Of a stretch of DNA of 64,000 bases, positions 38,664-46,534 are shown in pieces. A program made the translations under genes and the position numbers. The DNA lies in NCBI GenBank assembly GCA_044426225.1, contig JAWXUQ010000001.1, positions 46,173 to 110,172 of the forward strand, given 5' to 3'. The DNA is from Faecalibacterium sp. Lineage in GTDB: Bacteria > Bacillota > Clostridia > Oscillospirales > Ruminococcaceae. How positions within the stretch are numbered: position 1 is the first letter of the stretch; each line of letters opens with the position of its first letter. Below the pieces are notes generated by a model. It ran no database searches. It worked only from the letters and a program-made list of their open reading frames with translations, and had not been told where the DNA came from.

Positions 38664-39677
38664 TCAATTCAGATGCTTGCGAATATGTGGGGCGCACAGC
38701 GCAAAACTCACCATACAAATGCTGATGATAATTGCGGTGTATCTCCCCACCTCGCCCCATGTCGCCGTCTTGTTAAAAATATCAGTCATCCCGATATAAG
38801 CCCAGTAAAAGGGGTTCCACCATACGGTGAAGTGCCATTTCTCTGCCAGTAGTTCTGGCACCAAAATGCCCGCCATTGCAGGTACCATCAGTCCCTTAAT
38901 GCTGCCGGCGGCCTCAATAAAATCGCTGCTCGCAAGCCCAATGACAAAGGCAATCAGAATGCTAATCAGCCCTATGCTAAGCAGCAGCAACCCCATCTGG
39001 GCAAAGTTGATGTCAGTCAGCCCCAATACCAACAGGGAAATCACTGACACCACAAACAGCATCAAAACGCCGATGATGCTCTTGCTCAGCATATACATGC
39101 TTTGCGGCAGGGGGGTCACATTTGCCGCCTTGATGGTCTGGTCATTCTTTTCATCCACTAGCCCTAGCGCAATCATCATGGCAGAGATAATGGTGCAAAG
39201 CAGCAGCACCGAAAGGGAAAGGCTGCGGGTGAGGGCGGGGGTCTGCTCGCCAAAGCTCACAAAGCCAAGGCGGCTTTCTAAAGTGTTTATATCAAGGGTG
39301 TCAAGAGTATACAGCGCGTTTAGCAGTTGCGCAAGGGCAAGGCTGCTTTCGCTTTCATCCCCCTGTGCAATCAGGGCAAGGGTGCCGTCCTCGCCGTTCA
39401 CAACTCCAATCACTTCATCTCGTGCAAGCACGCGCTCGGTTATTTCATCTAAGCTGTCATATACATGCACGCTAGCAAAATCGCCCACTGTGGTGATATA
39501 ATCCTGCGGCACATTGCTTTGGATGGCTAGGTTCACTGTGGTGTCGGTGATGCCGGGGGTGACAAGTCGCACCACCACCGCAAGCAAAATGGGGGAAAGG
39601 AACACCCAAAGTGCAAGGGGGTCTTTGCGGGCAATGCCAACATCGCGCCGCACAATACTTATCATTTTTTGTATCAT
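38664..39677 (-). CDS. ABC-2 type exporter permease
   Basis: An N-terminal TM, a large extracytoplasmic loop and a C-terminal bundle of 5 TM helices. Lies downstream of an ABC ATPase and a paralogous permease. Confidence 0.75.
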   Translation of the reverse strand: MIQKMISIVRRDVGIARKDPLALWVFLSPILLAVVVRLVTPGITDTTVNLAIQSNVPQDYITTVGDFASVHVYDSLDEITERVLARDEVIGVVNGEDGTLALIAQGDESESSLALAQLLNALYTLDTLDINTLESRLGFVSFGEQTPALTRSLSLSVLLLCTIISAMMIALGLVDEKNDQTIKAANVTPLPQSMYMLSKSIIGVLMLFVVSVISLLVLGLTDINFAQMGLLLLSIGLISILIAFVIGLASSDFIEAAGSIKGLMVPAMAGILVPELLAEKWHFTVWWNPFYWAYIGMTDIFNKTATWGEVGRYTAIIISICMVSFALCAPHIRKHLN

Positions 39678-39689
39678 ACTGCACCACCT

Positions 39690-40889
39690 TTATATCGTCA
39701 GTGTCTTGCGAAATCGCCAGAGCGAAATGCCATACAGCACCGCGCTGAGCGCTAGCATCCCCGCGCTGCACAGCAAGACATACCCCACATCAGGCGCGGA
39801 AAGCAAACTTTCTTGCATCGCCATCAGCATGGGATAGGTCGGCAGCCAGTTCATCCAAGCGGGGTGGAAGGCGGGGAAGAGGTAAGTAATCATCGGCAGC
39901 AACATGGCAATGCAGAAGATTAAAATAGCGTTAAACGCGCCCTCTAAATCGGCAAAAAAAGTGCTCAGTAGCATGCCAATCGTGCAGGAAAGGGCGCACA
40001 TCGCAATGCTAACGAGATAAAACAGGGGATAATTGGGCTGTGAACCCATGATGGGCAGCGCAATAATGCTGTTCGATAAGATTACCGTGGTCATGACAAC
40101 AAGCGTTTTACTCGCCAAGTAATTACTGAGCCCAATCGGCGAAACGGAAAGCGCTCGCATGACCCCCTCGGCCTTATCCACCGAAAGATAGGCGATGATA
40201 ATCATCATCCCCATCATGGCATTCATCATGACAAGCATGGGCGGGATGTAATTCTGGCGGTTGTTGAGCTGTTCTATTTCGGCAAGGGTGGTGGTGGCAG
40301 CCTGCGCATCGTCTAGCGCGGCGAGTAGCGCCTCGGTTTCTACTGAGCCATGGATGGCACTGAGTAAATTCTGATACCGCACCGTTTCATAGCCAAATAA
40401 AACGTACTGGTAATAATCTAGCCCATCCTCATCGTAATACATGGTGGCAGCGATCAGTTTTTCAGCATAGGAAATTCGCAGTAAATCCTCAAAGTTATCG
40501 ACAAAATATTTGCTGCTGATTTGCGTGTCGGTTTCTGGGTCATACACGGCATAGTGCAGCACCGAAACTTCCTTGGTGTCGGTGAAACTTAGGGTGGTTT
40601 CCTCGCCTGTTTCCATATCGGTATAGGTTAAAACTGCGGGCTTTACCTTGAAAATTGCGTCCGCTTCTTGCACGGTATACCCTTCGTCTGTGTCAATCTC
40701 CATCAATGCGGTTAGCTGCTCGGAGGTGATATCGGCAAAGACGATTTCCTCACTGATAGAGTTCGCCTCGGTCGGCACCACAAACAGCAGTACAAGCAAA
40801 ATAATCACCGCGACAAAAAATTCCATGTAAAAGTAAAACCCACGCGATGCAATTTTCATCTCTTTGCAGTAGTTACTCCACAGCTTCAT
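39690..40889 (-). CDS. ABC-2 type exporter permease (paralog)
   Basis: Same architecture as the neighbouring permease. It overlaps the ATPase stop by 17 nt; an alternative start is ATG 40859. Confidence 0.75.
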   Translation of the reverse strand: MKLWSNYCKEMKIASRGFYFYMEFFVAVIILLVLLFVVPTEANSISEEIVFADITSEQLTALMEIDTDEGYTVQEADAIFKVKPAVLTYTDMETGEETTLSFTDTKEVSVLHYAVYDPETDTQISSKYFVDNFEDLLRISYAEKLIAATMYYDEDGLDYYQYVLFGYETVRYQNLLSAIHGSVETEALLAALDDAQAATTTLAEIEQLNNRQNYIPPMLVMMNAMMGMMIIIAYLSVDKAEGVMRALSVSPIGLSNYLASKTLVVMTTVILSNSIIALPIMGSQPNYPLFYLVSIAMCALSCTIGMLLSTFFADLEGAFNAILIFCIAMLLPMITYLFPAFHPAWMNWLPTYPMLMAMQESLLSAPDVGYVLLCSAGMLALSAVLYGISLWRFRKTLTI

Positions 40890-41763
40890 CGTGCGTCAGC
40901 CCCTTTCCGGTCACCTTGATAAAGATTTCTTCTAGGGTGGCTTCCTTGGTGTGCATGGTGATGATTTGTGAGTCTTGCATTTCGCCTGCGCCGCTGACAA
41001 TCTGGTGCAGACGGGCTTGTTCAGCGGGCAGCACAAGGGATAGGCTTTCTTTGTGCAGGCTATCATTTTGCAGGTATTCTATCTCCACTGCTTTTTCGCC
41101 ATATTGCAATTTTAAATTTTTGGGTGAATCAATCAGTTTGATTTTCCCATCAATGATAAAGGCAACGCGGTCGCATAGTTCTTCTGCGATATACATGTTA
41201 TGGGTGGTCAAAAAGGTGGTCATGCCCTTGTCACGCTCTGCCTTGATGATGTCTTTGATACTGCTCGCTATGGCGGGGTCAAGCCCTGTGGTGGGCTCAT
41301 CCAAAAACCAAAGCGCAGGGTTATTCACAAGGCTGCGCGCAAAGGTCAGGCGGTGCTTCATCCCTTTAGAAAAGCCGCCAACTTTTTCGTGTTCCTTGCC
41401 GCTTAACCCAACTAGGTCAATTAGTTCCTGCGGGCTGCGGGTTGGCACATCAAACAGCGCGGCATAATAGCGCAGGTTTTCTGTGGCGGTCAGCTTGGAA
41501 TACAGATTGCTTTGCTCAAAGCTCACCCCGATTTTATTAAAACGGCGCTTATCGACCTTGGCAATGTCATAGCCATCCACCACCACCTTGCCCTGTTGCA
41601 ATGGCAACAGCCCCGTCAGGATATTCTGGGTGGTGCTTTTGCCGGCACCGCTCGGTCCCAAAAAGCCGAAGATTTCGCCTTTTTGCACCGCAAAGCTGAT
41701 GTCATGCACCGCATAGGTATTATCGTTTGTGTAGGAGTGGAATAGCTGCTCTACCTCAATCAT
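40873..41763 (-). CDS. ABC transporter ATP-binding protein (ABC-2/DrrA-like exporter)
   Basis: Walker A GPSGAGKST, a Q-loop, a signature-like FSKGMKHRL and Walker B LWFLDEPTTGLD. Confidence 0.9.
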   Translation of the reverse strand: MIEVEQLFHSYTNDNTYAVHDISFAVQKGEIFGFLGPSGAGKSTTQNILTGLLPLQQGKVVVDGYDIAKVDKRRFNKIGVSFEQSNLYSKLTATENLRYYAALFDVPTRSPQELIDLVGLSGKEHEKVGGFSKGMKHRLTFARSLVNNPALWFLDEPTTGLDPAIASSIKDIIKAERDKGMTTFLTTHNMYIAEELCDRVAFIIDGKIKLIDSPKNLKLQYGEKAVEIEYLQNDSLHKESLSLVLPAEQARLHQIVSGAGEMQDSQIITMHTKEATLEEIFIKVTGKGLTHDEAVE

Positions 41764-42051
41764 ATAGAAACCTCCTGTTGCTTGCTGCCAAGGGGTGAAT
41801 GTGGCGGAAAATGGGCATTTTTTCTTATCTTTAGCATATCACGAAAGCGGGCAAGTGGCAAGAGAAATAGAAATGATTTGTTTTGCTTTTGTGCGGTAGC
41901 ATGCGCAGATGGGTGGGTTTGCGTTGCACTCATTTGCAAGGAGAACAAAAATGTTGTATAGTAATAATTAGGATACGAAATTGTTGATTTCACTGGGTGT
42001 GCTACTGGGTGTAGTGTGAGTGAAAAGAATAGAAAGCAAAGGGGTGTAGAA

Positions 42052-42573
42052 ATGATTGTTGGCATTGGTTGTGATTTATGCGCCATCGCGCGGATGGAAA
42101 AAATAATGCAAAAGCCAAATGCCGCGCATTTTTTGCGGCGGGTGTTTGCACCGCAGGAGCTTGCGCTGTTGGGGATAGCGCCTTGTGCAGGGGCGGACGC
42201 TGCGCAGACAGCTTCCTCGCTACAAACAGAACCCGCGCCGCAACTGCTATCTTCATCCCGACAGACGGATGATCTGCCTTGCGCGGTATGTGAAGGCAAC
42301 TTTTCCACAGTCGGTGCAAAAGTTGTGGAAAGTTTGGCGGCGAACTTTGCCGCCAAAGAAGCCTTTTTAAAGGCGACTGGTACTGGGCTTGCGGGCTTTT
42401 CCCTTGCTGATATTGCCGCCTTGCGCCACCCAAATGGTGCGCCCTATTATCAATTCACTGGTAGCGCAGCAGCGTATATGGCAGAGCATGGCTATACGGC
42501 GCATCTTTCCCTCAGCCACGAAAAAGGCGCGGCTGGCATGGCAATGGCTTATTGTGTGTTAGAGCAGCGGTAA
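42052..42573 (+). CDS. acpS: Holo-[acyl-carrier-protein] synthase (4'-phosphopantetheinyl transferase) with an internal insertion of about 45 aa
   Basis: Begins MIVGIGCDLCAIARMEKIM, then ...FAAKEAFLKATGTG...ISLSHEKGAAGMAMAYCVLE. At 173 aa it is much longer than B. subtilis AcpS (about 120 aa as I recall it). Confidence 0.8.
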   Translation: MIVGIGCDLCAIARMEKIMQKPNAAHFLRRVFAPQELALLGIAPCAGADAAQTASSLQTEPAPQLLSSSRQTDDLPCAVCEGNFSTVGAKVVESLAANFAAKEAFLKATGTGLAGFSLADIAALRHPNGAPYYQFTGSAAAYMAEHGYTAHLSLSHEKGAAGMAMAYCVLEQR

Positions 42574-42763
42574 AGCTGCTGCCGCTTTCAGGATGAAATT
42601 TTAAAAATAGTAAAAATATATTCTGAATTTCCCAGTATTTCTAAAAAACAGTGCAAAATAATACCAAAAAATGCTTTTTATTCCTATTGAAATGATATGA
42701 TATATGCTATACTGCCCTCAACGAACCGTACCGCAAGGACAACCGAAAAGAGGAGCGTATCAA

Positions 42764-42991
42764 ATGAATTCTATTGAAAGAATGGTAAACACCATCCAAC
42801 GCAAACCCGTAGACCGCTTGCCTGTGTATCCGCTCATCAACAGCGTGTCGCGCAAGGCGCAAATCGATGTACTCGGCAAGGGCGGTGGCTTTGTTTTAGC
42901 CACTGGCTGCGAATACCCTGCGCCGCTTGATTTTGAAAAGGCGCGCCTCATGGTAGAACTTGCCAAAAATACGCCGGTGACAACTGAGTAA
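42764..42991 (+). pseudogene. Remnant of a uroporphyrinogen-decarboxylase-family (URO-D / MtaA-like) gene with a large in-frame internal deletion
   Basis: A 75-aa ORF. Its N-terminus (MNSIERMVNTIQRKPVDRLPVYPLINS) and C-terminus (GGGFVLATGCEYPAPLDFEKARLMVELAK) match the two ends of URO-D family proteins, which I recall as about 340 aa. Roughly 260 central residues are absent. Confidence 0.6.
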
Positions 42992-43040
42992 GGCGGTTGC
43001 CTCACCCGCGATCCCATACAATGCCCCGTGCATTTGCCCT

Positions 43041-43084
43041 GCCCCTTAGCGTTAGGCGGAAATCTAACGCTAAGGGGCTTTTCT
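43041..43084 (+). terminator. Rho-independent terminator (GCCCCTTAGCGTTAG-GCGGAAAT-CTAACGCTAAGGGGC + TTTTCT)
   Basis: A perfect 15-bp stem followed by a T-rich tract. Confidence 0.85.
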
Positions 43085-43236
43085 ATCTTCTGGAAAATGA
43101 ATGGGAGTGTTGCGAAAAAAGGCGAAAACTTTTGTGATAAAATCAAACTTCTCCTGCATAGCGCAAGGCGGGCAGGTCGATACTAATGCCAAGTAGATAA
43201 CAAACCAAAGCCGTTGTTACATTGGGAAAGGAGTAT

Positions 43237-43593
43237 ATGACCATGGATATTCATAGAGGAGAGGTTTTCTATGCCGATTTATCGCCCGTAGTAGGCTCAG
43301 AGCAGGGGGGCATTCGCCCTGTGCTGATTGTGCAAAACGAGATTGGCAACCGCCACAGCCCCACCGTGATTGCCGCCGCTATTACATCAAAACTAGATAA
43401 GAGCAAATTGCCCACCCATATCGGCATTCGCGCCGAAAGCACCGGGCTTGCCAAGGATAGCATCGTGCTATTAGAGCAAATCCGCACCATTGATAAGCAG
43501 CGCCTGCGTGAGCGCGCGGGGCAAATCACCCCCGAGGATCAGCAACGTGTAGATGAGGCACTCGATGTCAGCCTAGGGCTGCATTCCTTTTGA
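43237..43593 (+). CDS. mazF: Type II toxin, MazF/PemK/EndoA-family mRNA interferase
   Basis: Very close to my recollection of B. subtilis EndoA (RGEVFYADLSPVVGSEQGGIRPVLIVQNEIGNRHSPTVIAAAITS...KLPTH...DSIVLLEQIRTIDKQRL). GGAAAGGAG lies upstream; an alternative start is ATG 43243. Confidence 0.9.
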   Translation: MTMDIHRGEVFYADLSPVVGSEQGGIRPVLIVQNEIGNRHSPTVIAAAITSKLDKSKLPTHIGIRAESTGLAKDSIVLLEQIRTIDKQRLRERAGQITPEDQQRVDEALDVSLGLHSF

Positions 43594-43654
43594 GCATAAG
43601 TTGCGTAGAAAACAAAGAGCGAGCAGAATTTAATAGTTAATACTAAAACGGTCG
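43586..43654. repeat. Direct repeat copy 1 (69 bp; includes the mazF stop codon)
   Basis: CCTTTTGAGCATAAGTTGCGTAGAAAACAAAGAGCGAGCAGAATTTAATAGTTAATACTAAAACGGTCG. It matches copy 2 at 59 of 69 positions, counted by eye. Confidence 0.85.
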
Positions 43655-43808
43655 TTTTTTCACAGAGCGTGCCTTAGAACATTCGCGCATTGGCGCGAAC
43701 CAATTGCTGCGGCAATTGCACGTCACTAACCTGTGAAAAAACTACATAGGTGTGATTTTACGGCATTTTTTCTTTTGTGTTGCATGAAAAAATGGCGTAA
43801 AATCTAGA

Positions 43809-43877
43809 CCTTTTGAGCACAAACTTCGTAGAAAATAAAGAGCGAGCAAAAATTAATAGTTAATACGAAAACTGTCC
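43809..43877. repeat. Direct repeat copy 2 (69 bp)
   Basis: CCTTTTGAGCACAAACTTCGTAGAAAATAAAGAGCGAGCAAAAATTAATAGTTAATACGAAAACTGTCC. Confidence 0.85.
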
Positions 43878-43954
43878 ATTGCAAAAATCCTCCTAAAAGC
43901 GTAGAATGAGAGTGACGAACATTTCTCATGTCAATGCGATTAGGAGGCTTTTTG

Positions 43955-44578
43955 ATGAAAAAGATTATCATGCTAGGCGATTACGAGAATTATCCATATC
44001 ACCCATTTGGCGGGGTAGACCAGGTGCTAAAACAAGCGCTTGGTGGCGCGTACCAGATTACCTGTACTGGCGATTATGATATTATGTGCGATTTAAGCGG
44101 CTATGAGTTATTCGTTTGCTATACCGATAGTTGGCGCCCAGGCGATGTCATCACGCCCGCGCAGGCGGCAGGGGTGGTTACTTATGTGGCAAATGGCGGT
44201 AAATTATTAGTCCTGCACTGTGGTATTAGCTTACAGCTCGCGTCCGAGCTTATCCCGCTGATGGGTGCGAAATTTACCACCCACCCCGAAATGACCGAAA
44301 TCGCGGTGCACATGCTAGACGAGACTGACCCCATCACCAAGGGTGTCTCGCCCTTTACCACGGTGGAAGAACCCTATCAGTTTGCCTTTGATGCATTCTC
44401 AAACATCACCATGCTATCAGAATATCAGTTAGATGGCAAAACCTACCCTCATTCTTGGAAGAAGCCCTATTGTAAGGGCGAGGTGGTCTACCTGATGGGT
44501 GGGCACACCGCTGATATTATGGCGGAAGAGGGAAACATCACCCTATTTAAAAACGCAGTCGATTATTTGCTAGGGTAA
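43955..44578 (+). CDS. ThuA-domain protein (class I glutamine-amidotransferase-like fold)
   Basis: Begins MKKIIMLGDYENYPYHPFGG... and continues ...VANGGKLLVLHCGI...TTHPEMTEI. AGGAGG lies upstream. Confidence 0.6.
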   Translation: MKKIIMLGDYENYPYHPFGGVDQVLKQALGGAYQITCTGDYDIMCDLSGYELFVCYTDSWRPGDVITPAQAAGVVTYVANGGKLLVLHCGISLQLASELIPLMGAKFTTHPEMTEIAVHMLDETDPITKGVSPFTTVEEPYQFAFDAFSNITMLSEYQLDGKTYPHSWKKPYCKGEVVYLMGGHTADIMAEEGNITLFKNAVDYLLG

Positions 44579-44596
44579 AAAAAGGAGTGGGTGCAG

Positions 44597-45818
44597 ATGA
44601 AACAGCCAAATATTATCTACATTTTGGGCGATGACCACCGCCAAGACTTTTTATCGATGGAGCAGCACCCTTTTTTGCAAACACCAAACCTTGCGCAGCT
44701 TGCGTGCGCATGGCATCAATTTTAACAGCAAATCTGCCATGTCGCGCGGTGCGTGGGAGAACACCTTCCCCGTTATTTTGCGCAATCACGGCTATCAAAC
44801 TGCATGGGTTGGCAAAAACCATGTGCCAGTAGGGGAGAAATCTTACAAAACCGGCGCGATGGAACAAACCTTTGATTATTGGTATGGCAACCATGGGCAC
44901 AGCAAATTTTACCCCAAGGAAACCGCAGGTAGTGGCGGTATTTATGATAACGCAAAGGCGGACACCCAAATCGAAATCTTTGAAGAAGGCGCAATGAACT
45001 TTCTTGACCCACAGCCAGAATTTATTGCGTCCTGCACTGCGCCGTTGATTTATCGCGATAAATCAAAACCGTTTTGCATGTGCGTCACCTTTAACCTGCC
45101 CCACGACTGCAGCACCGAAACGATGGAGTAGCGCCCCACCGATGATGAGATTTATAAAAGCCTCTATCGCGATAAAAAAGAGGGCATTCAGCCCCCCAAA
45201 ACCTATATCGCGGCGGCGGATATCACCACACCGCGCCTGCCCAAAGAGGTTTATTCGGGCGAATATATCACAAGCTATAACTATGTGCGCACACTGCCCG
45301 CCTTGCAAGAGCGGATTGTCCGTATCTGCCAGACCGTCACTGGGATGGATCGGATGATTGGGCATCTGCGCGAAAAATTAGAAGAACTCGGCATTGCCGA
45401 TAATACCATCATTATTTTCTCTACTGACCATGGCATTCACCATGGCGAGCATGGGCTTGGCGGTAAGTGCTTCTTATACCAAGAGGATTTGCGTATTCCA
45501 CTTGTGATTTATGACCCGCGCCTTGCAAGCTATCGCATCAAGAGCAGTGTGGATGATTATTATCTGTTTTTAGACCCTTCCCACACAGAAGCGCGCAAGG
45601 TGGTGTATGAGGAGCTATTCCACCTTGCGCAAGACCCGTATGAAGAAGAAAACCTTGCCGCCGCCTCAGAACATGCACAAACCCTTGCTTATTTCAGAGG
45701 GCGCATACAAGAGATGGTAGCAGAGCGCATTGTGCCCGACACCGCGCAGCGCGTCTGCAAAAACACCAATGAGGTATATATCTTTGAAGAGGAAAAAGGG
45801 TATTATCCAGTAGGGTAA
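44597..45818 (+). pseudogene. Sulfatase (arylsulfatase-family) pseudogene: one frameshift, one in-frame TAG, degenerate active-site motif and internal deletions
   Basis: ATG 44597 gives MKQPNIIYILGDDHRQDFL...TPNLAQLA and stops at 44723. Homology continues in another frame (HGINFNS..SAMSRGAW..GYQTAWVGKNH). TAG at 45129-45131 interrupts ...LPHDCSTETME*RPTDDEIYKSLY. The C-terminal part (IIFSTDHGIHHGEHGLGGK...LRIPLVIYDP) is followed by a shortened tail. Confidence 0.8.
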
Positions 45819-45877
45819 TGTCGGTAAAAATACGATATCTTTATTTCGTGTCAGCGATAAAAAATTGAAATCCATAT

Positions 45878-45924
45878 AAAAATGCGCAAGCCCTTGACTT
45901 ATGCCAGAGGCTTGCGCATTTTAT
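45878..45924. terminator. Bidirectional terminator (AATGCGCAAGCC ... GGCTTGCGCATT)
   Basis: A 12-bp stem flanked by A and T runs, between the sulfatase remnant and the convergent ArsC-family gene. Confidence 0.8.
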
Positions 45925-45966
45925 TTGTTTGTTTGACGATATAGATTGATGTGCCTATGGCGACCA

Positions 45967-46320
45967 TCACCCAAGCAGTTCATCCCACACCGCTGCTTTA
46001 AAGCCAGGGCACACCCCTTTGTCGGTGATTAAAATAGGGCGCTTTACGAGCATGCCATCGGTGGCAAGCAGGGCATATTGTTCTGCCTCGCTCATGGTGG
46101 GCAGCTTATCTTTCAGTTCCAGTGCCTTATATACTAGCCCGCTTGTATTGAAAAACCGCTTGAGGGGCAGCCCGCTTTTGGCATGCCACGCGGCAAGCTC
46201 TTGGGCGGTGGGGTTATCTGTTTTAATATCGCGCAGGTCATACGAGATGCCTTTTGCGTCTAGGTAGTCCTGCGCTTTTTTGCAGGTGGAGCATTTGGGA
46301 TAGCAGATAAAGTTTGCCAT
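45967..46320 (-). CDS. ArsC/Spx/YffB-family thioredoxin-fold protein
   Basis: Begins MANFICYPKCSTCKKAQDYLDAKGISYDLRDIKTDNPTAQEL and includes ...LVKRPIL, a family hallmark. 117 aa. Confidence 0.8.
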   Translation of the reverse strand: MANFICYPKCSTCKKAQDYLDAKGISYDLRDIKTDNPTAQELAAWHAKSGLPLKRFFNTSGLVYKALELKDKLPTMSEAEQYALLATDGMLVKRPILITDKGVCPGFKAAVWDELLG

Positions 46321-46362
46321 GTTGTACGTCCTTTCGGTTTTGTTGGGCTTGTTTCGCTCGCC

Positions 46363-46490
46363 TTGTGTGTTGAAGCTGCTGCTGTTGCTGCTGCCGTTGT
46401 AGTTGCCGTTGTAGTTGCCGTTGTAGTTGTAGTTGCTGTTGCTGCTGCCGTTGGAGTTGTAGTTGGAGTTGTAGTTGTAGTTGGGGTTTT
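46363..46490. repeat. Cryptic triplet/hexamer microsatellite, (NNN-GTT)n on the plus strand and (AAC-NNN)n on the minus strand
   Basis: GTT occupies most alternate triplet positions, about 20 of the 43 triplets, with the strict alternation broken by Ser/Gly-rich blocks. No stop codon occurs in any frame. Located between the murC stop and the ArsC-family start. Confidence 0.85.
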
Positions 46491-46534
46491 TAAAAAAGGG
46501 TTGGGTTTACAAAAAAGGGTTGGCTTTTTTGGGT

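Noticed and set aside
43101-43196. A 31-codon ORF (MGVLRKKAKTFVIKSNFSCIAQGGQVDTNAK) upstream of mazF, considered as a candidate mini-antitoxin.
   Set aside because: It is too short and basic for an RHH or AbrB-type MazE. It has no RBS, ends 40 nt before the toxin start and lacks an acidic C-terminal toxin-binding tail.
45129-45131. The in-frame TAG in the sulfatase gene, considered as a possible pyrrolysine codon because a URO-D/MtaA-like methyltransferase-family remnant lies nearby.
   Set aside because: The same gene also has a frameshift, a degenerate active-site motif and deletions. No pylTSBCD genes or methylamine methyltransferase genes are in the window. The position aligns with an ordinary conserved residue. 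A nonsense mutation in a pseudogene is the simpler reading.
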